In this document: positions 1 to 11,964 of the stretch, one piece after another
How the letters are laid out: every line of letters starts with the position of its first letter
Numbering within the stretch: the stretch's first letter is position 1
Notes under the pieces: generated by a model
The model's database searches: none
Told to the model about the DNA's origin: nothing
The model's input: the letters and a program-made list of their open reading frames with translations, nothing else
Translations under genes and position numbers: made by a program
Source: Chlorokybus atmophyticus
Lineage: Eukaryota; Plantae; Mesostigma and Chlorokybus algae
Direction: 5' to 3'
Assembly (NCBI GenBank): GCA_009103225.1
Contig: RHPI01001946.1
Span: forward strand, 186,001 to 250,000
Length of the DNA stretch: 64,000 nt

Positions 1-2626
1 AAGGGAGCAGTGGTAATGGTGGTGGTATCCGAAGCCGCGCAGCGCTGCTCCTGATGTCCGTGACTTTGAAGCAGGGGTAATCACCTGTGAAGGGCGTAGG
101 ACCACTCTTGGCGCCATAATTAGCGCACGAGGGGCGCCCAGTCATTCTGCGGCCGAGATGGCCAAGCCCTGATTACAGCTGGAACGGAGAAATCTCTCAT
201 CCTCGAGAAGGTCATGAGCTGTAGCAACTTCATGCCACACGGCTGCAGCTACATCATCCAGGTAGTCCGCAGCAAGGAGGAACTCTAGTGATCATCCCAG
301 CTTTCCTTAGCTCGAAGCTTCACACACTGGTTGAAATGGCCCCCCAACAGCTCGGTCTTGCCCACAACTTAAATGGAGATCCGGCTATAACTTAATTTTG
401 GATCCACATGTAAATCATACCGATTATTGCACTGTTTCCTACTGCAGCCACAATTTAGTTTGATATCCAATTGCTATTCAGGAAAAGTAGTTGGTGTGCA
501 TTAAGTTTGGTGTCCATCTTTTCTTGAAGTAAATAATGGCCACATCCTATACTTATTTTTGGATAGATCATGTATTAAGGGGATCCATCTTAATGCGTGA
601 TGTAATTAAAAATGTTAACAGTTCGCGGCCAAAAATTATACAGATGTAACGCAGCTCCATCGCCGAGGTTGAAACTTGTGCCAACGAACCTGTCAGAAGA
701 GCAAGCAACAATCTACAAGCAACGTACTGAGCAACTAGACTACGACGGCACGGGACACCCTACATCACGTTTATAAAAAGTATATCCTTTACAGCAGCTG
801 CCTCAATTGTCTCACGTGCCGCAATGCATGCATGCCAGGTGTATTGCATTCATGTATTACTAGTACGCAATGCATGTACCAATACCTGCATACAACAGCA
901 CTAGGCTACCCCACAATCGGTCAACAATACTGACATGTGTATATATATATGTATGTTTGTAACATTGATTGTCATATCATAATTATACATATATGGTGTA
1001 TTTGTGAAGATACATAGTAATGTGGTATCATTGTCAGAATAATCAGTTTATACATGACAACATGATGAAGGACAAGTTTTATGTATATATATACATAATC
1101 ATGCAAGTTAAATATAATATAAACACCTAGATTAACAGCTAGGTACCGGTAGGTGTTTTTAAGTTGTTGGCTTGCGGATGGCCTGGGGACTCAAACTTGG
1201 CGGCGCAAAGTATCCGTCCAACCACAGCGTAGACTGTAGGGCAGGCTGTTGCCATAAACTCGCTTTCACCTACCAAGTCGCGCTGGTGCATTTTTATTGA
1301 TAGAGTGGCTGCGTGATCATTAATAACATTGTTAAGGTAGGCCGCGGGCACGTACTTGAACCGGCGATGTATTGATGATCAGGATTACAAATGATAAAGA
1401 TCAGTGTACTACTGCGGTGTAACGCTCGACTTTATAGCTTTACACTGGCCAGATCATGCGCTATTAACGGAATTAGTCAAGCACGTGACAAAGATTCGTA
1501 CCCGCCATCTTTTTACCCTAAATGCAATGTAATGTAACTACGGTGTCTCCAACAACGTCATGGAAGTGGTCGACATTTGCATAAACATCCGTACAGGTCG
1601 TTGTCACGACCGTATTTGTTGACAATCAGAACGCCTGGTCCTCAACGTGTTAGAGATCTGGTACACATTCAGCGACCGCCAATGGCCGTTTGTGACAGGC
1701 AGCACATATATGGGGATTTAACCTTAGATTAATTAGGGATCTTGCAAATTCCTAAGGAAATTCGCGCTGGATCTGCAATAAAGTTGGGGATCCGCCCAAA
1801 CTTACCGAAACCCATTTCTATTGGTGACAGTGAGGACTATGGAGTTGAAGCGGTTGATCCACTCTTTCGCGTCACGCCTCCACTGCCATGGTACCTCGAT
1901 GCATCCACTAGCACACGTCCACCATGCTGCTTCTCATACACCACATTGCAACTTCCTACAATGTCTGCTCCTTCTATTCAAACGCTAGCATGTCCAAAGT
2001 CGTGTAGCTTAATAAACAGGTTACACGAGGGTTATGACAATAATGCCCTCCTCTTTGTATATGTACTTGCAAAACAGGGCACAATGAGATGTGCCAATGT
2101 CACACGCTCACAACAACAATCTTAGCGAAGGCACCAATTGCATACAACACACGAAAATGTATTGCACTAGTGTTATGGCATTCGTATGGCACTTGTAACT
2201 TGGTATGGTAATTTGCTAATTAGATAGCTATAACTGCTCAGTCACACTCCTTATACAATGAACAAGTCAATGACACATGTGTTAATCTAGCACAACCAAC
2301 CAAAAATATATAAGACCATGGTTAAACTTTTCCGCAAAATGTTTTCCCTGCCGGCCAACAAAATGTTGGCAAAGGCCGTGCACCTGAGGATACCCATTTA
2401 GATTGTCGTAGCTAAGTCCACCTGTAATCTCGATGCAGGGACCTGAGTATAAGGGCCGTCACCATCAGTTGGCGGCCGTCTGCATAAAGGGACTGACCCT
2501 AACTGATAGGTACCTGAAAGTTACCTCTCAGTCACGATAAGGCGACTTTGCCTGACAGCTGACAAGTACCCAACTATTACCTAACAAAAGGTACCGGCGA
2601 CTGTACGCTAACCGAGCGAAATTGTC

Positions 2627-2653
2627 AGGTACCTTAAGGTACCTTAAGGTACC
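2627..2653. repeat. Self-complementary 10-bp tandem repeat (AGGTACCTTA)x2.7
   Basis: Sequence aggtaccttaaggtaccttaaggtacc; the unit combines the palindromes GGTACC and TTAA. Further GGTACC sites lie nearby at ~2509, ~2590 and ~2690. Confidence 0.9.
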
Positions 2654-2903
2654 AACCGTTGGTGATGTATACCTTTGCAGGTATATGTTGGTACCGCTTA
2701 GTCATGATTAGGTGTCACACGAGATCATTGATGCAAGCATATGCTTGAAGTATATCAATCAAAACATTACAACGTAAATTACACTAGCTACTACTACTAA
2801 TACTACTGCTACTACCCTTGTACTAAGCGGCCGCTCCTGCACCGCCCGCTCCAGCTCCGCTGCCGCTATTCCTCCTCCACCGCCGGCGCTGGAAAGCACA
2901 ACT

Positions 2904-2976
2904 TGTTCACTGCACTTGTTTGATTGCCTTGATTGCCTTGAAGGCAATCAAGGCAATCAAACAAGTGCAGTGAACA
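2904..2976. repeat. Perfect 36-bp inverted repeat with 1-nt spacer (73-bp palindrome)
   Basis: Left arm 2904-2939 tgttcactgcacttgtttgattgccttgattgcctt is the exact reverse complement of right arm 2941-2976; the spacer is G2940. Confidence 0.97.
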
Positions 2977-3156
2977 TACACAACATAAACACTCACGTGC
3001 TGTCGCTTGCCATGTACCGCCGCTGCCGCCTAGCCTAGTTTAGCCTAGCCTGGCCTGGCATGGCCGCCCTGAGACCATAAGGGTGGTAAGTTGCATGCGG
3101 TGTTGTGCGTAGTGCGACGTTAAACAGCAACCAAACTTACCTACTATCCGCCGTTG

Positions 3157-3157
<1 letters not shown>

Positions 3158-3187
<30 letters not shown>
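3158..3187. repeat. (GCC)n microsatellite
   Basis: About 10 uninterrupted CGC/GCC units. Confidence 0.95.
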
Positions 3188-3193
<6 letters not shown>

Positions 3194-4588
3194 ACAACTG
3201 ATCTTAAAGCCGTTGAGCATTTTAAAATACTCAATGGCTTCGAGTTTAACTTCAATTTCTATGGTACAATCGTACCATTGAAATGGTACGACGGCACCAG
3301 TATACTCTCTCGTGATAAGTACCATATTGGGTATTGTGATGAAACTGTTGTACCATTGTTGTACTCGCCGCCATTGCTCGTCCCGTTTAAGTGACTTAAT
3401 TGGGACTGAGTGGTCACTTGCTTGTCAATTAACATTCGTCGCCGCCGCGGCTTGTGTACGGCCGGCGGCCGGCTGCGATACAACTTTGACTCACCGGTAT
3501 CATTAGTCGCCATTAGGGGCCTGAACATGCACCTAAATGTCATAATAGGTAGATCACCGCTGCGTAAGCTGAATTACCGGCGGTCGGCAATCAACATATC
3601 ATATGTTGAGAGCAACATGATGTTGCTGTCACGTCATCACCGGTAGGCAACAGTCCACTTTACTGTACGATAGGCGGTCGGCAATTTAGTATTGTCCACA
3701 ACATGCACCGGTAGTCCATTCGGTCCCTTTATGGCTTAAGTCGTTAAGTGCGTTACGGTCGGATGGGGTCAGGCACCTGACAGTCGCTCAGTCCTGGCCA
3801 CTCACCATGTAAAATTTGCGACAAAGCTAAATGAACTTGCTCTCCTCTAGCTCCAGTCCATGCCTTGAATGATGTCTAGATCATTTCCTTGACAAGCTCT
3901 TGACTGCCACATGGATGCCCACTCCTTCCACCAGTCCTTCTCCACTCATATCTCTTGAAACAGCCCTAAACCTGGATCCGTTGAGGTGGCTGGTCCGTCG
4001 GTAATACATACATAACTACCACAAAACTACCGTTGCTATTGAATCCTACTTCGCTGAGCCTCGGACGCTCATCGGCTCTCTGGTGAGCCTGCTGCTTGGT
4101 CTCGGGCAGTGCTACCGCCTCCAGTCCGTCTACTTGCAACTCACTGCCGATGCTTCGCGCGGGCTGCGCCTAAGTCGGCTGTCAACATAGCCCGCCGCCA
4201 TGCGGACTGCGTCTGTCACAGCCCACTCAACCTCAAAAGGCTTGGTGCTTTTATGGTCGATTTGTGGTAATTCAATGTACCTTCCCGTTACAGCGTTCTA
4301 ATTGGTGGAGGCCGGTGCTGGCAGTCGGCTATCATGCGGCCTGCCGCTTTAGGGACAGCGTTCTGATTGGCGGGGCGTGATGTTGATAGTATGATAGAGG
4401 ATTGGTTAATCTGGATGCTAACGGACACCTAAGATACTAGGTGAGGTGCCAGGAAGAAGTGAGTGTCGAGGGTTATCCCCGTGACATGTTTATTATGCAC
4501 TTGCAACAAGGAAATATAAGATGTAAGCTCAAATCATGTCCTACTCTTTCCGGGACATTAAGCATATATCAAAGCATGCATGTTTGTT

Positions 4589-5180
4589 GCATAAGCTGAT
4601 GTAAAGTATGCGCGTTGCATAAGATTCATGTCAAGTAAAATTATGTGTTATCATAAAGGCTCGTTACTTTTACAGTTAAAATACAGACTTGCGGGATGTG
4701 AAAATTAAAGGGTTAGGGCGAAAGCAACCGTGATATCTCCATGTATAGCTTGATTTGATGATACACACTTTTAAGACGACATCAAGTGTAAATATATGTC
4801 ATTGAATGCTTCTCAATGATACCAACATGCAATAACTATTTGCATCATCATATTAACAATTGTAATAATAACGTAAAACTTTAGCATAGTGTCGCCTGTA
4901 TGGCACGGAGTAAATTACATTCTGTTCCTTCTCAAAATGGATGGTTAGCACATGAAGCATTGCTTGCATGCGGTTTTGCTGCATAAGTTGTTGTGAAGTA
5001 TGCACGCCGAAATCTTATGTCAATGGCATTCATCATATGTTGTTATAAAGGTATTGTCACTTTTACATTTCTGGATAAGGTATGAAAGGATGTCAAATCA
5101 AAGACTACTTCCAAGAAATCTGAAATCTTGTATGACTTTATGGTACAAACACTCAATATATACACAACGTAAATATATGT
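4589..5180. repeat. Diverged AT-rich direct repeat pair (~390-bp offset)
   Basis: gcataagctgatgtaaagtatgcgcg...tcataaaggctcgttacttttaca (4589-4673) matches gcataagttgttgtgaagtatgcacg...ttataaaggtattgtcacttttaca (4981-5066). Both are followed by ggatgt.aaa and gtaaatatatgt motifs. Confidence 0.6.
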
Positions 5181-5488
5181 TATTATTATTATAAATTATT
5201 ATTATTATAAAGTCTTCTTAATACTTATGGTATAAAACGATATCATCATGTACACTATCATATCAACGTGAGTAATAAGAAAAGATTGTAGCGTATCAAG
5301 GAGGTTCCATTTACTTCAGGTTCCATTTACTACATTAATTCATCACGGTTAGACTGAAGCTATCAAGGGTTGTATAACAACTTTATTTTCAAGGTAAACA
5401 ACGCACGTAGGCGTACTTGTTATTACAACCAACACAGACTTGCAAGATAACAACACGAACGGTTCTACCGCAGGTAAGTCAAACAAAG

Positions 5489-5663
5489 TATTCCGTATAC
5501 ACACACGCTTGCATTTGTATGTGGTTATTGTGATCACTGCCCATGCAGAAATGCGAACGCAAGCGACAGTCAGGACAACTATTCCGTATACACACATGCT
5601 TGCATTTACATGTGATTATTGTAATCACTACCCATGCAGAAATGTGAGCGAATGCAAGCGACA
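5489..5663. repeat. Imperfect tandem duplication (~91-bp period) just 3' of the tRNA gene
   Basis: Copies 5489-5568 and 5580-5663 (tattccgtatacacac...ttgcattt...cccatgcagaaatg...gcaagcgaca). Differences are almost all C/T or G/A transitions. Confidence 0.9.
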
Positions 5664-5674
5664 AGAATTATCAC

Positions 5675-5680
5675 AAAAAA
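5675..5680 (-). terminator. RNA polymerase III terminator (T6)
   Basis: A6 on the + strand reads TTTTTT on the minus strand, 2 nt after the tRNA discriminator base. Confidence 0.85.
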
Positions 5681-5682
5681 CG

Positions 5683-5706
5683 TGGAGACGCGGGGCATCG
5701 ATCCCC

Positions 5707-5739
<33 letters not shown>

Positions 5740-5755
5740 TATGAGCTACACCCCC
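5683..5755 (-). tRNA. trnA-UGC: tRNA-Ala (anticodon UGC), intronless
   Basis: Reverse complement GGGGGTGTAGCTCATATGGTAGAGCGCGCGCTTTGCATGCGCGAGGTACGGGGATCGATGCCCCGCGTCTCCA: 73 nt, cloverleaf, anticodon stem CGCGC/GCGCG around TGC, G3:U70 alanine identity pair, A and B boxes, eukaryotic Ala-type GATCGA T-loop. Confidence 0.97.
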
Positions 5756-6056
5756 GAACGACACCCACACGTTAACTGGTAACAATATAACATATAAGAT
5801 GTTAATATATATCAAACCTGATCGAGAGATCTGGGTCAGAAATTTAGGGCTTCATGAATGCTATACGCCACTCGTGCGTGTCATTACTGGCAAGGCTGCT
5901 ACGGTACACTCCTCTGCCGGCCCAGGCGGACGGCCAGAGCCTTCAGGCCGTGAGCCTGACCTGGGCTGGTCCACAGCCTTGACCACCTCCACGCTCACAG
6001 GGACGTTGTTATGGCACGCTGAGGCGGAGAGTACGCAGTAGCAAGCGTCGTAAAGA

Positions 6057-9000
6057 ATGCGACGGGTCAGCCAGGCAGCAAACTTACGCCCAACCCTCAC
6101 TGTTGACCAGGTTCGCCCTTGCTTGCGTGCGTGCGTGCGTTACTGTTGACTCGGTGGTTTACTCCGTGTAAGAGTTGCTTACTGCCAAAGCCTGAAGCCA
6201 CTCTTGTAACAGCCGCAGTCGCGTTGTTGACGACTTTGTCCTGCTGTGGCAAAACCCTGATTCTTGTCTCCGCGCAGGCTATTATTGCCTTGCGCAAAGG
6301 TGCAGCTTTGTTGAAGTATGGGCGACGTGGGCGACCGCACTTCTGCCACTTTAAGTTACTGCAGGTCAATGCTTAGCTGTGTTTTACTCTAACAAAGAAA
6401 ACGAGCATTTGTGTCCTGCCTTCATGCATTCTAGGTTTTATTGTTGTTGTGTTCGCTCCAAAGAGTGGATTTGTACTTGATTTTGGTTGACAAAATTTGG
6501 GCTTGCTGCAGGAGCCTGATGGCAGCTATAGCCTGCAATGGGTCTCCAATGCTTCCAAGGGCGCTCGCAAGTTGGACCTGGCTTCCGTTAACGAGATCCG
6601 CCTCGGTCAGAGAACGGTGAGTTCTAGGCAGTGCATGACCAACAACAATGCAGACAGAAGAGTTCTGCAGTTGGGCAGTCATTGTTGTGCAGTAGAATGT
6701 AGTAACCGTGTAAGTTCATGCAAAAGGGCTATCAAACAAGCAGCTCCTTAACTGTACAGGGCTCTTTGGCAGCGCTCTGCCTAGCTTGGTCGTGTAGTTG
6801 ACTATGTATGCCCCAAGCACACGTAGTCAGCAACAAGTCGATAGCCTGTCAGCAGTCCAAGATTGACCCAATGCAGCAGCTTCCAGTACATCTGGCTTAT
6901 GCATTTCCAAAGCTTATCTGGTGTTGCACTGGCCTGCAGGAGGTTTTTCGGCGACACTTGCGCCCTCACGTGGACTATCTGTCCTTTTCTCTAATCTACG
7001 ACAACCACACACGGTCGTTGGATGTGGTAAGTTCGCCAAGTTTTCATCCAATAAGTAGTAACTAACGCAATGTAATTTGACTGCAGCAGCAATCAAATGT
7101 AATTGTTTGCTGCTGCAGTCAGCGTCCTACCAGCATAAGTCATGCGAGCAGACAGTACGATACTGTGTTTGTATGCTTTGCAAGCTTGGCCAAGCCCTGT
7201 GTGCCTTGTGTCTGCAGGTGTGCAAGGATTCAGATGAGCTAGAGATGTGGTTGGTGGGTCTGCAGGCCCTGACTAGTGATCGCAGCTTGCAGCGCTCAAC
7301 AAGCACAGCAAGCACAGCGAGCGCTAACCTCGGAGCTCTCACATCTCGCTCGGGCGCCAGTATGCAGGTTATACATATAATGCCACTGATATGCTTGGCG
7401 CATTGTCAGCATGCTGTCAGCTTTTTTTGCTCCGCACCAGACACTATGTTGATGAGAGAGATGATGTTATCATGTTGCACACTCATGATGTCCCTGCATG
7501 TTTAGGAATCGCCACTTGCGAATGGTGCTTGGGGATTTGAGAACAACACATACAGCAGTGCCTACAGCTCTTCATATGGCACGTTCGCACTTCCCAAGTC
7601 GGCATCCTCACCGTCAGTATTCTCAGTACCTGCGTCAGACTTCACCTCACCAGGCAGTACAGAAGGTGTCACAGCAGTTGGTGTACCTGTAAAGTTTCCT
7701 TCAGTGTCTTCGCAAACACAGGTGCAGCACTACTGCCTTTGCCAGGAGGGCTCACACGCATGTTGTTCATCGATCATGTGTATGCTTAGCAAGTTGCTTG
7801 ACATCAAGCTTGGAGTTAATCATCTGGGTGGCAGGTGGAGTTGGGTGATGTCTATTGTTGGGGTGAAGGTATGCGCGGGCGAGACGACAACGCACACCCG
7901 ATAGACGCGCTGACACCCATTCCTATCTTTGACATGGCAGCATTGGATGTTCGCACCGTTTCTTGCGGCCAATGGCATGCTGCGTTGGTTATCTCTGGAG
8001 GCCAATGCTTCACTTGGGGCGAGACGCGCGGGCCTCATCTTGGTCACGGTGCTGCTCTGGATGCCCCAACGCCGCAGATGGTTTCTGCTCTCGCTGGCAT
8101 CAGCACCGAGCAGGTTTGTCCTAGTGAACATGATCTTAACAAGACAGTTGTGGTGCCTCCACCCATCAGTTGAGATAACTTATAAGTACAATAGTCTATT
8201 GGCCTCATCATGAACCGCAACTCATTGCTCACACATGTTGTTGCAGTACTGTAGTGACCAGAGCCTACGTACAGATGCAATTTCCACCAGGATCTGATTA
8301 AATAACAACACTACACCTATGCGCTAGCCGGAGCGCTGAACTGCAAAAACATGAACAGACGAAACGCACACGCGTCCATTGACAGTCATTCCACCTTGCA
8401 GCTATTTCGTCATGATGCATTGTCAACTGGCAGCTGTTGATAGCTGGAATTAATGAACAAAGCAGCTTGTGTCAGCACTGTTGCTAGGACGTTTGCTGTC
8501 AACAGTGTCAAGTGCTCGTGTAAAGGTTGCTATCCTATAACAGGTTGCGTGTGGCGCTTTTCACACAGCAGTTGTCACTGTGGACGGGCAGCTATTCACA
8601 TGGGGTGATGGCCTCAACGGATCTGGGGTATTGGGCCACGGTAACGACAACAATCAGTGGGTACCCAAGTTAGTAAGGCATTCCCTTGAAGGAGTTCGAG
8701 TGAAGCAGATCAGTTGCGGCCCATGGCACACAGCACTTACCACAGATGAAGGAGAGTTGTACACGTGGGGTGATGGCTCTTTTGGCACACTTGGGCATGG
8801 AGACAGATCAAGTTGTCATCTGCCAAGACCTGTTGAGGCGCTTTCTGCGCATCGCTCACTTATGGTAGCGTGTGGCGTTTGGCATACTGCCGCTGTTGTG
8901 GAGGAGGCTGGTCATCCCGACAAGGGTGGTGTTGCTTACACTTGGGGTGATGGAGACAAAGGCCGCTTGGGTCATGGCGACAAGGTGCGTTCAGTGTGCT

Positions 9001-11653
9001 CTATTGAGAGCTGGTGTTGGCCCTTTTCCGTCATAGCGAGGAATGTCTGCCGCATTGATGTGTATGCTGCATTGCACTGAACTTGATGATAGACCCACTG
9101 CGCCTCAATGTTGACTGTTCTTTGTCTACACAGGAGGATGCCCTTTTCCCGCGTCGAGTTGACGCTCTCTGGGGTGAGGCTTTGCGGCAGGTGGCTTGTG
9201 GCAAGCGGCACACGGTGGCACTCACAATGTCGGGAGTTGTGTACAGCTGGGGCTGCAACGACTATGGCCAGCTTGGCATAGGTGAAATTGCTTGACCCTG
9301 GGCTTTCAGGAAGCGTTGTGTTCACCTTCACAAATACCTGACAGTAGTTGAAGCTGGTAACAGCATGTCTGACTGTTGTCGCTGTGCATACAGGCGACAA
9401 TCCTCCTGTACAGTTGCAACCAATACTTGTGCAAGGCAAGCTGCACGGAGTGATGGTTGGTGCTGTAGCTTGTGGGATGGACCACACTGCTGCGCTGGGG
9501 GACAATGGTGCTGGTGTGTTTACATGGGGATGCGGAACCAATGGGAGACTTGGCCTAGGTGATGTCAAAAACCGAACCACACCAGATCATGTAACAGCAC
9601 TCCGCAACAGGCGTGTGATTCAGATTTCCTGCGGTGCTTCCTCCATGGCTGTTGTATGCCGGCATCAGGATGTTTCTCAGGCGGACACGGACAAGTGTTT
9701 CACTTGCAAGACCAGGTTTGGGTTGGGCAAGAAGAAGCGTCACACGTGCTACCAATGCGGGCATGCATTCTGCGGCAACTGCACATCAAATAAGGTGTTG
9801 AATGCCACGCTGGCGCCTTACCCAGACAAGCCCTCCCGAGTATGCGACCCGTGCTTCAAGAGTTTTGGTCCAGAATCCAAAGTTGGAACACTTGTTGCTG
9901 CTGCCAAAGCAACGCAGGATGCAAGATTGCCTGCGCAAGGTGGTCGACCTCCCCGAGCTCCTCCAGCTTACATGGCAAGCGCATCGTTCACAGAGTCTCA
10001 ACTAACTTCTCGCTCTCAAAGATCCCAGCCGCTGCCAACTGGCACCATGTCACCCAGTGCAGTCCTACACCGACCACTGCCTCTGAACCCGCAAGCGCAG
10101 CAGTTTCTCCAGAGCAACTTCTCGCACGTGCTGCAGCGAGGAAGTGCACCACCTCGACCGCTTCGCAGCACAGGCAGTCACAGTTCCTTGAAAGAACTTG
10201 ATGCGCTGTCAGATCCACCATCTTCGCCCACTCCCAACGATGACACGCTGTCCAATACAACAGGCGACATGGAGCTGCCGTCGCCAAGTGACAGCGAAAG
10301 ATCTCAATGGGGAAGAACACCAAAGCCTCACCTAAACATGGCCATTGCAAATGAGGAAGACTTTGTAGTCGCCATCCAGAAGCGTGTTCATGATGACGAC
10401 CTTTCAGTAACAGTGTCGCGCAAGGAGACTAGCATTGCGCGCACGTCCCCCATCAACACATCAACCTCGCGATCAGTAAAGCCCTCAAACAGTATTGGGT
10501 CCTCGCTCAACTCTTATGGCACTCCTGGCAGCACGTCTGTACCCAAACCATCTGAGACGGCAGCTGAGAGTCGCCCTCCCGCGAGTGACGTTCCCCGTGC
10601 CATCAGTGAGCTGGAGGAGAGGTGTCAGCGTGCCGAAAGGGAGGTCATGCGTCTACGCTCCTTACTGGATGCTACCGCAAAGGTAGTGCTATGCTTGACA
10701 CTTGGCAAGCTATCCATAGCTGCAACACGTCACAATGAGCACACTGTGATCCCTATACTCAATGTCAATGGAACAGTTATTCTGGCAAAATTGTGGTATC
10801 ATTGTTGTGTGCGGGTTTGCAGGCATCTAACAAGGCCAAAGCTACGTCGAACGGAGGGCAGTCTCGAGGTGTCACCAGTCCAACACGCACTTTGCCTGTG
10901 CTGACCACAGGGCGCCAAAGTGAAGGAGCAGGCAAAGGCAAGAGTGCCCCTCGTCCAACAGGTGTGCACACTAGCCTTTGCTGTCATGCAAGTCGAGATG
11001 GTTGCTGACGACTTTGTGGTTGCACAATAGGTAGCGCAACCAATGCCAAGGCCACCACGTCTGCATCATCATCAGCAGGAATGGTGCGTGCGACCGCCAT
11101 TCGTCGCAGCACGCTAGGCGCCACGACAAGCAGCAACCACTCTAGTGGAGGGACTAGCCCAGGTTCAAGCGGCAAAGAACAGGTTGCGTTGCTGGTGCAA
11201 GAGGACTCGTACGACTCCGCCAGTAGCACCCCACATGCTGCTCATCCGTCAAGTAGGGACATCACTCTACCCGTTGGAACCAGCAACCTTGCATATAATG
11301 GCGGCGAGCAAGAGTGGGTGGAAGAGGTTGATGAAGGAGTGTTCATGACGGTCGTGAGGGCACCAACCAGCGCTGCAAATGAGCTCAAGTCCGTACAGTT
11401 TTCAAGAGACAGGTTTGAGGCTGGAGCAGCCGAGAAATGGTGGGACGAAAATCGCCAGCAGGTGCTGGCGGCCCTTGAGAGCGCAGTCCCACCGTCTCCA
11501 GTAGCTTTGCGCCGCACCTTTTCTGATCATGACATTGAAGGCGATTCAACTGCGAAGAGCACAGACTCACAGGCATCTGGCCCTGCGCGCTCGAGTGTGG
11601 TTCACATCTTCCCCTTCAATCAAAATGACTCGCCGCAGTCGAGTGTTGGCTAG
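6057..11653 (+). CDS. PRAF/RLD: PRAF/RLD-family protein (PH, RCC1 repeats, FYVE, coiled coil, C-terminal BRX domain), multi-exon
   Basis: Exon 1 6057-6110 and exon 2 6278-6364 give ...TVDQ|AIIALRKGAALLKYGRRGRPHFCHFKL (PH domain of plant PRAF). Further PH exons SLQW..LRLGQRT, SFSLIY..RSLDV|VCKD..E.EMWLVGL. RCC1 exons (GDVYCWGEG, VACGAFHT, ISCGPWHT, GRLGHGD). FYVE C..C..RF...KKRHTCYQCG.AFC..C..RVCDPC in ORF 9348. BRX EWVEEVDEGVFMTV..NELKSVQFSRDRF..AEKWWDENRQQV before TAG 11651-11653. The start codon is inferred. Confidence 0.93.
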
Positions 11654-11964
11654 GGCCTTCAGCACCCATGGCCCCATGTTGTCGCTGCCTGTGACAGCCA
11701 CTATCGTACGCTGCCACTATTGTACATCATCCCTATGCCATATGCGCATGTAACCTACTGTAAACATTCATTGGTTCTTGTATAATGGCATGTGCTAAAA
11801 TGTAGATTACACCAGGAGAGCATGCCTGTGTGTGTAGAGCCAAAGCTGATGCACTGCATGTGTATTACATACATGCAACCACGAGAGGTGTATGTGGCTC
11901 CACAACAACGCACTGATGCCAGCTCTCAGAATTGCTGTGGTACACAAGTGCAACTAATTGCATA

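Noticed and set aside
1742-2125. 127-aa ORF and nearby minus-strand fragments (FLLAADYL BTB-like at ~250-290; VLPVTNGHW Ulp1-like at ~1680-1720)
   Set aside because: Single short motifs with no supporting neighbours or consistent exon chain; compatible with chance in decayed DNA.
3392-3404. 13-mer TGACTTAATTGGG shared with 60662-60674
   Set aside because: Several exact 13-mer matches are expected by chance in 64 kb, and the flanks do not align.
5489-5663. CRISPR-like or other prokaryotic repeat-spacer interpretation of the tandem repeats (also 52751-52924)
   Set aside because: Only two long contiguous units each, no unique spacers, no cas genes, and a eukaryotic context.
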